From Thermodesulfobacteriota bacterium (lineage in GTDB: Bacteria; Desulfobacterota_D; UBA1144; Nemesobacterales; Mycalebacteriaceae), in contig CBDAQI010000010.1 of assembly GCA_965198945.1 (NCBI GenBank), positions 64,001 to 128,000 of the forward strand: a stretch of 64,000 nucleotides of DNA. The letters are read 5' to 3'. The position numbers were made by a program, and so were the translations under genes. Under the pieces are notes generated by a model that made no database searches, was not told the origin of the DNA, and saw only the letters and a program-made list of their open reading frames with translations. The first letter of the stretch is position 1. The number at the start of each line of letters is the position of its first letter. This document shows, in pieces, positions 1-11,469 of this stretch.

Positions 1-653
1 GAGCCCTGCCCGAAAATGTCGCCTCGGCAGTGAAGGCTAACCCGTCCTTTTCCCCGGACGGGGTTTTTGCGGGCCCGGAGTATTACAAATATGTTGTTAC
101 ACAACAGCTCGGCATGACCGTTTCAAGTTTTGAGGAGACTATCAGGGACGAAGAACTTGTTATGAAGATGGCCGCCCTTGCAAGCGTATCGTCGGCATGG
201 TCGCCGCTGGAATTGGAAATCCTTTTCAGTTTTGCCGGCGAGAAGGTAAAAGCTGATTACATCTCTTTTGACAGCCGCTCTGAGGCGCGGAAAGCTCTCA
301 AAAAACTTCAATCGTCGGGAGACCTCTCCGCCGTTGCTTCAGAGTTCGGAAAAGAAACCGTAACAACACCTTTTTTCACACGTTTTGAAGTTCCGGACAA
401 CCTTGATGTAAGTCTGTTCGCGCTAACCCCTTCAAGCCCCGTTGCGGAAATGGTTTTTTCTTCGGACGGTGTTCACACAGTCGCCGTTCTTTCTGAAAGA
501 CAGGCGGAAAAGCCGCAAACCGTTCAAGATAAAGTCCGCATAGCCACTGAGTATATGCAAGGACGCGGCGCGGACAGGGATGTTATGAACGACTGGATGA
601 TGATTCTTTACTCAAAGGCAGATATCAAAGAAAACAGAGAACTTCTCAGATGA
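1..653 (+). CDS. PpiD/SurA-like periplasmic chaperone, 5'-truncated by the window edge
   Basis: Frame open from position 3. 'F...Y..YV.QQLGMTVSSFEETIRDE' resembles the SurA_N/PpiD segment, followed by a rotamase-like part (LSAVASEFG..TTPFFTR). Confidence 0.55.
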   Translation, partial: ALPENVASAVKANPSFSPDGVFAGPEYYKYVVTQQLGMTVSSFEETIRDEELVMKMAALASVSSAWSPLELEILFSFAGEKVKADYISFDSRSEARKALKKLQSSGDLSAVASEFGKETVTTPFFTRFEVPDNLDVSLFALTPSSPVAEMVFSSDGVHTVAVLSERQAEKPQTVQDKVRIATEYMQGRGADRDVMNDWMMILYSKADIKENRELLR

Positions 654-681
654 CCGGAGCGGCTTCAAAGGGGAAAAGGCT

Positions 682-3600
682 TTGAGAATATCTTCGCTTG
701 AGATTTCAGGCTTCAAATCGTTTCACAGAAAGACCAGGATGGAGTTCCACGGGGGCTCAAACGGTATTGTGGGCCCCAACGGCTGCGGCAAGTCCAATGT
801 TGTGGACGCCGTGCGCTGGGTTATCGGGGAGCAGAATCCGAGAATGCTTCGCGCGGAAACTTCGGAGGACTTAATCTCTGACGGAACGGTTTCTCTCAAA
901 CCGGTCGGCATGGCCGAAGTTACCATGGTTCTGTCGGGTGTGCCGGGGCGCGGTTTTGATGATGTTTCCATAACGCGCAGGGTTTACCGTGACGGCGGCA
1001 GCGAATACTCAATAAACGGGGTTTCATGCAGGCTTAAAGACATTGCCGAGATATTCATGGACACGGGTGCGGGAGCCCGTTCTAATTCAATAATCGGGCA
1101 GGGAGAGGTTGAAGGCTTCATAATGGCCAAGCCCGAGGAAAAACGCAGACTGATAGAGGAAGTTGCGGGAATTGTGAAATACAGAGCCCGGCGGAAGGAG
1201 ACACGGAGCCGCCTCAGACAGACCGAGGAAAATCTTGAAAAAGTAAAGAGCCTGAGCAAGGAAGCTCACAAGCATAAAGAGAACCTCAAGCGGCAGGCGG
1301 AACAGGCGCAAAAACTGAACGAGCTTTCAGAGCGGGCCTCACGTCTTGAATTGCTTATGCTCGGAGCCCAGAAAGAACAAAGCTCCGTAAAACTGGAAGA
1401 GGTGCGGGCGCGCAAGTCGGAGATTGAGAATTCGGCACGGGATATTGAATTGGAAAAAAGCTCCCTGGCGGCCGGTCTCAGAAGTCTTGAACGGGAAGCT
1501 CAGGGTCTTGAATCGGCGGCGGCTTCGGCGGACTCTGAAATACTTGCCGCAAGGGAAAAGATAAGCGGCGCGGTTTCTTCAAAAGATTTGTTTGCGGGCA
1601 GAAAGACCGATATTGAAGGGCTTCTGGACATGTTTGAAAGTGAAAAGCTTTCGCTTGAGCGGCAGACGCGCGAAATCAAAGAGAAAATTTCAAATATCCG
1701 TTCCGAAGATGAAAGTGCGGGCGTCAATATTTCCGAACTCCGCGCCGAGCTTGACGGCGTTGAGTCTGAGCTTGAGTCTGTCAGAGAAGTAACGCGGGTT
1801 GACAAAGACGGCATTGAGGAAGTCAGAAACAGTTTTTTCAGCACGGTTGAGCAGTGCGACTCAACCGAGGCTTCCTACAGGGAGCTTACGGCGGAGATTG
1901 AAAGACTGTCTGCGAGAAGCGGCTATCTGTCGGAGCATAAAGACAGCCTGCTTGAGGAAAAAAATAGTTTGTCGTCCCAGAGGGAAAATTTTCTCTCTCA
2001 GATAAAGAGCATAAGAGGCGCCCAGGAAAATTCCGAAAAAGAGAGAAAGGATTTGGGAAGCGGTCTCGGTTCTTTCAGCGATGAGCATAAAAAACTGCTT
2101 GATAAAATCAGTCTGCTGAAAGACCGGCGGAGCCGGAGCGCTTCGCGTCTTGAGGAGCTTGTCAATATCCGGGAATCGTTTGAATGGCTTCCCGAATCCT
2201 CAAGAAGCCTTCTTTTTGAAGGCGGGGCGGGCGGCGTCCTCGGCGTTTTGTCGGACTACGCGAGCGTTCCGCCCCGGTATGCCAAAGCTTTTGAAGCCGC
2301 ACTCGGAGAAAGGGTCGGCTGGATTCTGGTAGGCACGGGCGGTGACGCATCGGACGCAATCGGCAGGCTGCGCGGGAGCTCGGCGGGAAGGGCGACCTTC
2401 ATGCCGCTTGATTCGGTGAGTGCGCAAAAAGCTTTTTCCGCCCCGGACGGAGCGCGTCCGATTTCAGATGTTGTACGTCTGAAAGGCAGAGGCGCCGAAG
2501 TTTTGCGGAAAATTCTTGAGGGAATTTACGTTGTTGACACCCTTGAAGATGCTTTTGAATGTGCCTCCTCCTGCCCGGAGCTTTCCTTTGCGACCCTTGA
2601 AGGCGATTTTCTTGACAGTTCGGGAGCCGTTTCCGGCGGGGGAACAACCGGAGGGGTTTTTGAAAGACAGTCCGAGATAGAGATGCTTACGGCTGAGGTC
2701 GCGGAACTTGACGAAAAAATAAAATCTTCACTTGAAAAGTCAGGCAATTTTGAGGTTCGCATAGAGGAGTTCAGGTCAAAGATAAGCGCTTTGGACGAGC
2801 TTATACAAACGGACAGAGTAAAACTTGATTCCCTTGAGAGAGATCTTGAAAGTTTCAATTTCTCAATTGAGGGCAAAGAATCAAAACTTGCCGAACTGGA
2901 AGCGGAAATCACACGGGAGTCTCATAGTTTTCAGGAGAAAACCGCGCGGCTCAACGAGTGCCGGGAAAAACTTGAGGCATTGCGTGAACGGAGAGAAAAT
3001 CTTAAAAACAGCCTTGCCGGGCTTGAAGAGAAAAACTCCGAGGTTGATTCGCGTGAAAGTGCGCTTGCGGGCAGGCTCGGTTCTCTGAAAATAGAAATTG
3101 CCTCTCTTGAGCGTGGCAGGGAAAACTCGTCGCACGCTATAGAGGGTCTTGTTGTCAGGGAGAACGAAATCTCCGCGCGCGTTGAGGAAATCTCCGCAGA
3201 GACTGCTGAAAAAATTGAAGAAAAAAGTGAGTTGGAAAACTCATATCAGGAAACTCGGCAGAGCATAGATGCCCTTGAGGCAGATTTGGAGAAAAGACGG
3301 GAAGGTGTGGAAAAAATAAGAGAGGGGCGTACGGCCGTTCTATTGAAAATCCGTGATCTGCGCGAGCAGATTGAAGGACTGGACGAACGGATTGAGGAGA
3401 CGAGGTCGAAGCGCGGGGAATTTGAGATAAGTCTCGGAACGATTGAGAACAACATGGAATATGTGTCTGAGAAAATAAACGAGGTTCTTGAGAAAAGCGG
3501 TGCGGAGATGCCTCCGGCGGAGGAAATCAGTATTGTTAATATTGAGGATACAAAGGCGGCTTTTACGGATTTAAGGGCGAAGATTGACAGGTTTGGTCTT

Positions 3601-4194
3601 GTAAACCTTTTTGCGCCCGAGGAATACGAGAGGGAGGAGAAGGAGCACGATTTTCTGGAGACTCAGATAGAAGATCTTGAAAAATCCGCCGCGTCTTTGA
3701 AAAAATCCATTTCCCGGCTTGACGGTGAGAGCGCCGAGAAATTCACCGAGGCTTTTGAGGAGGTGGATTTGAAATTCCGCGAATTGCTTCCCACTCTTTT
3801 CAAGGGCGGTGAAGGACGGCTTGTTATGACAAATCCCGATGATCCGGTTGAGACGGGCATAGATATTTTTGTAAAGCCCGGCGGCAAGAAATCTCAAAAC
3901 ATGAGTTTGCTCTCAGGCGGCGAGAAGGCGCTTTCTGCGATTGCTTTCATAATTTCCGCCTGTCTTGTGCGCCCGCTTCCGTTCATAATTCTTGACGAGA
4001 TAGACGCCCCGCTTGACGATTCAAACACGGGAAGGTTTGCTTCGCTTATCAAAGAGATTTCCCGCAATTCCCAGACGCTTGTCGTTACGCATAACAAAAC
4101 CACCATATCCGGGATGGATGCATTGATAGGGATAACCGCGAGTAAAGCCGCAAATTCGGCGGTTGTATCGGTTGATTTGGCGAAAGCGGTTTGA
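682..4194 (+). CDS. smc: chromosome segregation protein SMC
   Basis: 1170 aa. Walker A GPNGCGKSN, long coiled coils, hinge (GRATFMPL, GAVSGG), signature LSGGEK, Walker B ILDEIDAPLD. Confidence 0.97.
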   Translation: MRISSLEISGFKSFHRKTRMEFHGGSNGIVGPNGCGKSNVVDAVRWVIGEQNPRMLRAETSEDLISDGTVSLKPVGMAEVTMVLSGVPGRGFDDVSITRRVYRDGGSEYSINGVSCRLKDIAEIFMDTGAGARSNSIIGQGEVEGFIMAKPEEKRRLIEEVAGIVKYRARRKETRSRLRQTEENLEKVKSLSKEAHKHKENLKRQAEQAQKLNELSERASRLELLMLGAQKEQSSVKLEEVRARKSEIENSARDIELEKSSLAAGLRSLEREAQGLESAAASADSEILAAREKISGAVSSKDLFAGRKTDIEGLLDMFESEKLSLERQTREIKEKISNIRSEDESAGVNISELRAELDGVESELESVREVTRVDKDGIEEVRNSFFSTVEQCDSTEASYRELTAEIERLSARSGYLSEHKDSLLEEKNSLSSQRENFLSQIKSIRGAQENSEKERKDLGSGLGSFSDEHKKLLDKISLLKDRRSRSASRLEELVNIRESFEWLPESSRSLLFEGGAGGVLGVLSDYASVPPRYAKAFEAALGERVGWILVGTGGDASDAIGRLRGSSAGRATFMPLDSVSAQKAFSAPDGARPISDVVRLKGRGAEVLRKILEGIYVVDTLEDAFECASSCPELSFATLEGDFLDSSGAVSGGGTTGGVFERQSEIEMLTAEVAELDEKIKSSLEKSGNFEVRIEEFRSKISALDELIQTDRVKLDSLERDLESFNFSIEGKESKLAELEAEITRESHSFQEKTARLNECREKLEALRERRENLKNSLAGLEEKNSEVDSRESALAGRLGSLKIEIASLERGRENSSHAIEGLVVRENEISARVEEISAETAEKIEEKSELENSYQETRQSIDALEADLEKRREGVEKIREGRTAVLLKIRDLREQIEGLDERIEETRSKRGEFEISLGTIENNMEYVSEKINEVLEKSGAEMPPAEEISIVNIEDTKAAFTDLRAKIDRFGLVNLFAPEEYEREEKEHDFLETQIEDLEKSAASLKKSISRLDGESAEKFTEAFEEVDLKFRELLPTLFKGGEGRLVMTNPDDPVETGIDIFVKPGGKKSQNMSLLSGGEKALSAIAFIISACLVRPLPFIILDEIDAPLDDSNTGRFASLIKEISRNSQTLVVTHNKTTISGMDALIGITASKAANSAVVSVDLAKAV

Positions 4195-4315
4195 GGGATA
4201 ATAGATTCCTAGTTTTGCTGTTAGGTTTAGCTTTCAATAGAATCAGTGGCGTTGAGGTGTTGTTATTCAGCATCCATTTGTTACTTCTTTTCAATCTATT
4301 TATATTCCAAGCCGA

Positions 4316-5292
4316 ATGAAGACGATAAAAATATTTAAAAGACTTCAAAGGTTTGTAGACAAGACTTTCAAAACCACATTAGAAGTTTTTCTTGAGGCTT
4401 TAAAGCTTAGTCCAAACGCTCAAGGATATGTAAGTGGTTCTATAACAGAATTGCTTCTAAAAAATGAGTTGGAATCTCTAGGTTTTCAAGTAAAGAGAAT
4501 TAGAGAAAAGTGGGAGGGTACAAAACACCCGAACCATCATGGAGATTTTATTTCAGAGAGGATGGCCAGAGTCCTTGGTATGTACTTGAGTCCAAGGGTG
4601 TCAAGTCCAATGCGGAACGATGGCACAAACTGTACAATCTCAAAAAATTGAAAAAGGTCTTTTACGACCATCACGAAGTTATTCACTGGATTGATCCTAA
4701 TCAGCAGATTGAACCCCAAATTGAAAGGTGGATTGAAGAGAATCTTCCGGAAATGGTTAGTGGCAAATATTCATGCGACCTGTACTCATACGACGAGATT
4801 CGTGATTATTTAAGTAATCCTCCTGCAAGAGAAACAGACAAACTTAGAGCCATGAGGAGGCTTGAAATCTATAGCCGTGATGAAGTTGGCAATATGTTTC
4901 AGGAAAGACTCCAATATCTCATGAGCAAGGTTATGTTACTTGATACGCACTTCGTGTCAGGAAAATCGGGAGCAAATGCCAGGACACAAGCTACCCCACT
5001 CAAAAATGAATTCAATCTGGTTTCGGTTGACATAGTTCTGCGATACAGTGAGCATAAATTTCTTTTTGTTAATCCAAAACATTTGGAATCTTCTGGAAAA
5101 GACACTAATCACCTTCAGCAGAATTATGTGATGGGTTTTGTTTTTCCTCAGAATGATGGGTCAATGAAAATTGACCTTGCGGATGAATGGCAGGAAGATT
5201 TTGGACGTGCCTATAAAACTCTCAGTGCGAAAGACTCGGTCATTGAAAATGACATGCAGATAGACAACAGGATGGTGATACTTGAAGACTAA
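4316..5292 (+). pseudogene. PD-(D/E)xK type II-like restriction endonuclease, frameshifted
   Basis: ORFs 4316..4651 and 4510..5292 join by adding one T to the T4 run at 4546-4549, giving HHGDFYFREDGQSPWYVLESKG (D...ExK motif). Adjacent to a methyltransferase. Confidence 0.7.
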
Positions 5293-7316
5293 ATTCGCAA
5301 ATGAAAGGGTGGAAGTTTCACCCTTCCAATCAGAATTATTCAAGGATGATAATCTGCTGAGGCGGTTTGAAAAAATACATGACTATATCTATGCCAATGA
5401 TGGGTTATCTTCCCAACAAACTCTTGAGGCAATAGTAAAAATTCTTTTTGTTAAAATTTATGATGAAAAAAACAGCCATACAAAATTTAATATTTCATCG
5501 GGAGAAATAAAAGCGCTTGAGCAGTCCTGTTCATCTTTGAGTTTACAAAGACGATTTTCTTCTTTACTTGAGAAAACAAAAAAAGAGTTTGGAGAAGTTT
5601 TTGATGTGGATGACAAAATAAAGCTCTCTGACCTTTCTCTAGGTTTCACTGTCTCTAATCTCCAGTCCGTTTCTCTATCTGGTTCTTCTTTAGATGCTAA
5701 AGGATTGGCATTTCAGAAATTTCTCTCTCACCAAGAAAAAGATGGCAGGGGTCAATTTTTTACTCCAGAACCTGTTGTTGACTTTTGTGTCAATATTATT
5801 CAGCCTAATTCTTCTGAGTTAATATCCGACCCTGCTTGCGGAAGTGGTGGCTTTTTAATTTCTTCATTGAAATATATTGCAGCAAACTGCAAAAATGTGA
5901 ATTTGAAAAATATAATCTCTGAAAATCTGTTCGGATTTGATGTCAATAAGAGCATTGCGCGGATTGCTAAAATGAAAATGTTGCTTGAATCCAACACCAG
6001 AGTTAATATCGCGTGTGTTAATTCACTTAGTTCGTTTGATGAAAAAATTGCAAGTCTATGTTTTTCAAATGGAAATTCTTTTGATGGCTTTGATGTCATA
6101 CTGACCAATCCTCCTTTTGGAGGAAAAATAACAAACAAGGATGTCCTTGTTCAGTATGGCCTTGGACACAAGTGGTTAGGTTCAGACAGTGATTATTACA
6201 AAATTAAAGAAATAAGAAATTCGCAATCTACAGAGGCTCTTTTCATAGAAAAATGTCTGCGACTACTGAAAAAGGGCGGACGAATGGCAATTGTATTGCC
6301 CAATGGATATTTTGAAAACCCTTCATTGCAGTATTTACGTTCTTACATTAAAAAAAAGGCTAATATTCTGGCTATTATAAAACTGCCTCAGGGAACTTTT
6401 ATTACATATGGAACAGGGGTTAAGACATCTCTTTTATTCTTGCAAAAAAAGATTATGAATCAAATAAAAAACTATCCGTTTTTTTTAGCAAGATAAGTAA
6501 ACTCGGCTATCAGGCCAATAAAAATGGAACGCCCTTATATAAAAAAGACAAATTCGGTTCGGATCTCACAAATAAAAATGGGTATCCTTTATTGGACGAA
6601 GACTTATCTCTTGTAGTTGAGGATTACAGTTTTTTCAAAAGCGGAATCGTATTAAAACCAATTGTTCTTTTTCTGTCAATATTGAAAATCTGAATGGGCG
6701 ATTTGATTATGATTTTTACTCTCCTGAAACCCGCAATGTGATAAAGTTTTTGGAAAAGAACAAAAGCGTTAAGTTTGGGGATGTAGCTGAAATAGTAAAG
6801 TTGGGGAGCAAAAAATTGAATGGTTCCGAAGGGAATGTTAAATATGTTGAATTGTCGGATGTAGACACAAATTTATTTGCGATTGTCAACTCAACATTTT
6901 ACAAGAAGCACGAACTGCCAAGCAGGGCCTCATATGAATTAAAAAAAGACAATATAATTACCGCAGTTGCGGGCAATTCTGTCGGTACAAGAAAGCATGC
7001 GACGGCTTTGATAACGGAAGAACATGAAGGTTGTATTTGCACAAATGGCTTCAGGGTATTGGGCGACTTCAGAATAGACTTATATTACTTGCTTTATTTT
7101 ATGAAAAGCGAAATGTTTCTCAAGCAGATGCACATCTACAGAACTGGTGCTGCTATTCCCAATGTTTCCGATAGCGATTTGTCAAATGTTCTTGTAGCTT
7201 TGCCGGAAGACGGTATCATTGAGCAGATCAGTCAAAAGGTCCGCAAATCTCTTGAATTAGGAAAAGAATCAAAAAGAGTATTTGAAAGTATTGAGTTCCA
7301 ATTCGAAAGTTTGTAA
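5282..7316 (+). pseudogene. type I-like N6-adenine DNA methyltransferase fused to one target-recognition (half-HsdS) domain, two frameshifts
   Basis: Motifs GQFFTP, DPACGSGGFL and NPPF. One -1 shift in 6444-6486 and a second in 6621-6693 give ...SKLGYQANKNG...DEDL...RFDYDFYSPE, running into the TRD ORF 6738..7316 (LPSRASYEL, CTNGFRVL, TGAAIPNV). Confidence 0.8.
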
Positions 7317-7602
7317 ATATTTTTGAAAACCTGAATTTTACTTAAAAATTTTTGGAAACAATAAGATATTGCTCTAAAGTCATTTTTTGATTATTTAGTT
7401 TTTTCAAACAAGATGTCTAACCTTATTGCTTTTCTTGGTTGTTTGAAAATTAAATGTCTATTAGAAAGTTTATATTAATGCGTATTGGTTTTATCAATTA
7501 TAATAATGAACTAATATCTAAAAATGCTCTGCAAGGCACTTAAAAAGATATTATAAGCCCAAAATGATGGTCGTATCATCAGTCTTTGTCCCGTTACAGG
7601 AT

Positions 7603-8602
7603 TTAGCAATTTCCGCCTTTAATCCTCCCGCTCTCCGTCAACCTGTATTTCTGTGTCGGGCTCCTCGGCGAATCCGGTTGTGTCATCTCAATCAACCCTT
7701 TCTCCAATGCGGGTTTCAAATATCTGTCGCTGAAAGAACGGCGATGTTTTAATCCCAGTTTTTTCATTATCTCGCCCGCCCTGAGCGGCTTTGTTTTGAG
7801 TGTTTTCAAAAGCATTTTTACTTGGTCGGTTACTTGGTCGCTCGCGGCTTCTGAAACGGCGCTTTCAATCATCTTTAGCGCAAACTCAATAAACTCAGTT
7901 GAGCTGCCCGCTTTGTTGCAGTTGTTTAGCGCTTTGTAATAGTCGGCGCGATGGTTGCGAACCATGCTCTCAAGCGGCAGAAAATTGAAAAGAGAGTTCC
8001 ATTTTCCCAGAATGAGAGTTTGCCAAAGGCGTCCCATTCTGCCATTGCCGTCTTGAAACGGATGAATCGCTTCAAACTCATAGTGAAAAACTGAACTGGC
8101 AATCAGAGGGTGTTCGTCCGTCCGTTCAAGCCATCCCAGCAGTCTTGTCATCAAAACGGGAATCCGCTTTGCTTGCGGGGCTATATGAATAATGCCGCCG
8201 GCACCGCCCACTCCCACAACGCCGGAACGGAAACATCCAAGTTCTTCCACAAGTCCAAGCATCAAAACTTTGTGCGCGGCAAGCAGGTTTTTTTGAGAGT
8301 GCGGGGTCAATTCCGGTATTTTTTCATACGCCGCAAAAGCGTTTCGCACCTCCCGTATTTCCTGCGGAGGAGCCAGCACGGTTCTGCCTTCAAGGACGGC
8401 GGCTACCTGCCCCACGGTCAGAGTGTTTCCCTCTATTTCCAAACTTCCCTGTATCGTTTTGATACGGTTAATCCTGTTAAGACGGAGCTTTCCCGAACCG
8501 GTTTTGCGGGCTTTAGAGATTTCCCAGAAATTCACCGATTTTTTCCACCAGCCCACCAGCCGACGAAGTTATTTCATAAGGCGGATACGTTTCCCTCTCC
8601 AT
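7603..8602 (-). pseudogene. Fic-domain protein with C-terminal winged HTH, frameshifted near the N-terminus
   Basis: Canonical motif HPFQDGNGRMGR, SLEIEGN, and C-terminal PRSPTQKYRLT. The typical N-terminus MERETYPPYEITS..VEKIGEFLGNL starts at ATG 8602 in another frame and hits TAA at ~8513-8515. Confidence 0.8.
7819..7842. repeat. 2 x 12-bp tandem repeat TACTTGGTCG(G/C)T, encoding the SDQVTDQV linker of Fic
   Basis: tacttggtcggt tacttggtcgct read directly. Confidence 0.8.
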
Positions 8603-8613
8603 AAACTTAATTC

Positions 8614-8648
8614 TACTTGGTCGCTTACTTGTTCGCCACTTGGTCGCT
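8614..8648. repeat. 3 copies of the same ~12-bp unit upstream of the fic start
   Basis: tacttggtcgct / tacttgttcgc / cacttggtcgct. The first unit is identical to 7831-7842. Confidence 0.8.
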
Positions 8649-8709
8649 TGCCTTCCATTTTTTCTTGCCTTAGTCCGCCGGAAGCCAGACTAACCCACTC
8701 CCGCCGATG

Positions 8710-8718
8710 TGATAAACT
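8710..8718 (+). promoter_or_regulatory. putative extended -10 promoter for secA
   Basis: TG-A-TAAACT, 9 nt before the ATG, with no SD in between. Confidence 0.4.
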
Positions 8719-8727
8719 ACCCCCGAA

Positions 8728-11469
8728 ATGCTCGGCAAAGTATTCAAAAAAATAGTCGGAACCAGCAATGACAGACGAGTTCGGAAAATGTATTCCGTTG
8801 TGGAAAAGGTGAACGCGCTTGAGGCTGATGTTTCGGTTCTTTCAAACTCTCAGATTGCGGAAAAAACCTCCGAACTTCGCGCCCGTGTTTCGGGTTCCGC
8901 TTCAAAAGGCGATTTGAGCGCGGCGTTTGACGAAACGCTTCCCGAAGCGTTTGCGCTTGTGCGCGAGGCGTCAAAACGGGCGGTGGGTATGAGGCACTTT
9001 GATGTGCAGATTATCGGGGCGCTTGTTCTTCACAGAGGCGAGGTGGCTGAGATGAAAACGGGTGAGGGAAAAACCCTTGTCGCCGTTCCGGCTTTGTATC
9101 TGAACGCGCTTGCGGAAAAAGGCGCGCATCTGGTGACCGTTAATGACTACCTCGCGGGCAGAGACGCGCTTTGGATGGGAGCGGCTTATAAACTGCTCGG
9201 CCTGCAGGTGGGCGTTATAAACTCAGGGCGGTCATACCGCGTTGAGTGGGAAAACCCTGAAAGCGCACAGACTGCGGTTCGTGAAAATATGTCCGTATGG
9301 ATGGGAGGGGCAGACCCGGAACAGCCCGAAGGAAAAAATCACGAAGCGGTTTCGGCTTTTAAGACCAAACTTGCCGAATGCTCAAAAAGCGAAGCATATG
9401 CCTGCGATATTACCTACGGCACAAATAACGAGTTTGGTTTTGACTACCTGCGCGACAATATGGGTTTCTCGCTTGAAGACTATGTTCAGCGCGGACATTT
9501 CTTTGCGATAGTGGATGAGGTTGACAGCATACTGATAGACGAGGCGCGCACACCGCTGATTATTTCGGGGCCTTCGGGCGGTTCAACTGATATCTATTAC
9601 AAAATAGACCATTTGGTGGAAAAGCTTTCAAAAGAGGAAGACTTTTCAGTTGATGAGAAAAATCGCCGCGCGGAACTTTTTGAATCGGGAATTTCAAAGG
9701 TGGAGTCCGCGCTTGGAATTGCAAACCTTTATGACCCCTCAAACCTTGAGACGCTTCACTGTGTAAATCAGGCCCTGCGGGCGCGACATCTGTTTCACAG
9801 GGATGTGGACTATATGGTCAGAGACGGCAAGGTTGTGATTGTTGACGAATTCACCGGGCGTCTCATGGAGGGGCGGCGGTGGAGCGACGGTCTTCATCAG
9901 GCGGTGGAGGCGAAAGAGAAAGCGGATATAGAGCAGGAAAACCAGACCCTTGCCACGATAACGCTTCAAAACTATTTCAGAATGTATGAAAAACTTTCGG
10001 GAATGACCGGAACGGCAGACACCGAAGCATTTGAATTTCAGAAAATATACGAGCTTGAAGTTACCATTGTGCCCACTCACAGGGATATGGTGAGAAATGA
10101 TTTTGACGATGTGATTTACCGCACCGAGAAAGAGAAAAACTCCGCCATCTGTGACGAGATAAAAGAATTGAACAAACTCGGCAGACCCGTTCTTGTGGGC
10201 ACAACTTCAATAGAGCAGTCGGAGAAAATATCCGCCGTTCTTAAAAAAGAGGGCATCGGGCATCAGGTTTTGAACGCTAAAAATCATGCCAGAGAAGCGG
10301 AAATAGTGGCTCAGGCCGGCAAAGAGGGGGCGGTTACCATTGCGACCAACATGGCGGGCAGGGGAACCGACATAGTTCTTGGCGGAAACCCGGAATTTGT
10401 TCCCGAAGGTGAGAAAAAGTCGTTTGCGCAATCGCAGGCGGATTCCGAAGCCGGAAGGAAAAAGGTTCTGGAACTTGGCGGGCTTCATATAATCGGTTCC
10501 GAAAGGCACGAATCCCGACGCATAGACAACCAGCTGCGCGGTCGCTCGGGGCGTCAGGGAGATCCGGGCTCGTCCCGTTTTTACATATCTTTTGAAGACC
10601 CGCTTATGAGAATTTTTGCGTCCGAAAGGGTCGCTTCAATCATGGACATGGTGGGCTGGGAAGAGGGTGTTCCTATGGAGCACGGGATGATGACAAAGGT
10701 CATAGAGTCTGCCCAGAAAAAGGTGGAAAGCCGTAACTTTGATATAAGAAAACACCTTCTTGACTATGACGATGTGCTGAACACTCAGAGAGAGGTGGTT
10801 TACAAACTGCGCCGCGGGATACTTGAGGGCGGTGGCGCTCTCAAACAGAATTTTCTTGAGATAGTGAAGAAACTTTCCGAAGACCTTTCAGAGGAAATAT
10901 CCGCCGCCTCCGGTGAAGACGCTCAAGCTGTTACAAAAGAGGCGCGGAGCATCTTCAATCTCGGTGACAGAAAAATTGACGATCGCGCCCTCGGCAAAGC
11001 GGTGACGGACAGATACGCGGAAAAAGAGTCGGAAATCGGTGATGACGAAATCGTTTTTGACATTCAGAGGTTCATAATGCTTCAGACCCTTGACGGTTTA
11101 TGGAAAGACCATCTGCTTGCGATGGACCATCTGAGGGAGGGAATAGGTTTGCGCGGCTACGCTCAGAAAAACCCGCTTTACGAATACAAAAACGAGGGTT
11201 TTGAGATGTTTTCAGATCTGATTGCGACATATGAAGAGGAGGTTTGTTCCAAATTTTTCAGTGTTCAGCTGGCGCGCAACGAGGATATACCGTCTTTGGA
11301 GCGGGAGCCCGAAACGCAGGATGTGTTTTTGTCATCCGGCGGCGAACCGGCCGAAGCCCCCGCTCCGCAGGTTGCGGCTCCCGTGCGCAGGGCGGGCGAA
11401 AAAGTCGGCAGAAACGACCCGTGCCCGTGCGGGAGTGGGAAAAAGTTTAAGAAATGTTGCGGGAAGTGA
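8728..11469 (+). CDS. secA: preprotein translocase ATPase SecA
   Basis: [40 protein letters not shown]-terminal SEC-C motif [18 protein letters not shown]. Confidence 0.99.
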   Translation: MLGKVFKKIVGTSNDRRVRKMYSVVEKVNALEADVSVLSNSQIAEKTSELRARVSGSASKGDLSAAFDETLPEAFALVREASKRAVGMRHFDVQIIGALVLHRGEVAEMKTGEGKTLVAVPALYLNALAEKGAHLVTVNDYLAGRDALWMGAAYKLLGLQVGVINSGRSYRVEWENPESAQTAVRENMSVWMGGADPEQPEGKNHEAVSAFKTKLAECSKSEAYACDITYGTNNEFGFDYLRDNMGFSLEDYVQRGHFFAIVDEVDSILIDEARTPLIISGPSGGSTDIYYKIDHLVEKLSKEEDFSVDEKNRRAELFESGISKVESALGIANLYDPSNLETLHCVNQALRARHLFHRDVDYMVRDGKVVIVDEFTGRLMEGRRWSDGLHQAVEAKEKADIEQENQTLATITLQNYFRMYEKLSGMTGTADTEAFEFQKIYELEVTIVPTHRDMVRNDFDDVIYRTEKEKNSAICDEIKELNKLGRPVLVGTTSIEQSEKISAVLKKEGIGHQVLNAKNHAREAEIVAQAGKEGAVTIATNMAGRGTDIVLGGNPEFVPEGEKKSFAQSQADSEAGRKKVLELGGLHIIGSERHESRRIDNQLRGRSGRQGDPGSSRFYISFEDPLMRIFASERVASIMDMVGWEEGVPMEHGMMTKVIESAQKKVESRNFDIRKHLLDYDDVLNTQREVVYKLRRGILEGGGALKQNFLEIVKKLSEDLSEEISAASGEDAQAVTKEARSIFNLGDRKIDDRALGKAVTDRYAEKESEIGDDEIVFDIQRFIMLQTLDGLWKDHLLAMDHLREGIGLRGYAQKNPLYEYKNEGFEMFSDLIATYEEEVCSKFFSVQLARNEDIPSLEREPETQDVFLSSGGEPAEAPAPQVAAPVRRAGEKVGRNDPCPCGSGKKFKKCCGK

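Larger units (their letters stand above)
4195..7602. other. AT-rich restriction-modification island between smc and fic/secA
   Basis: Abrupt drop in GC right after the smc stop; contains endonuclease and methyltransferase genes. No integrase or att repeats seen. Confidence 0.75.

Noticed and set aside
682..4194. SMC as Wadjet/Lamassu defence ATPase next to the R-M genes
   Set aside because: It is a full-length canonical SMC with a hinge and backbone GC; no jetABD or lmu partners.
7317..7602. AT-rich spacer as a gene or ncRNA
   Set aside because: Stops interrupt the frames checked, and no stable structure or motif is recognisable.
8614..8648. Short repeats as a CRISPR array
   Set aside because: The units are 11-12 bp, contiguous, without spacers, and there are no cas genes.
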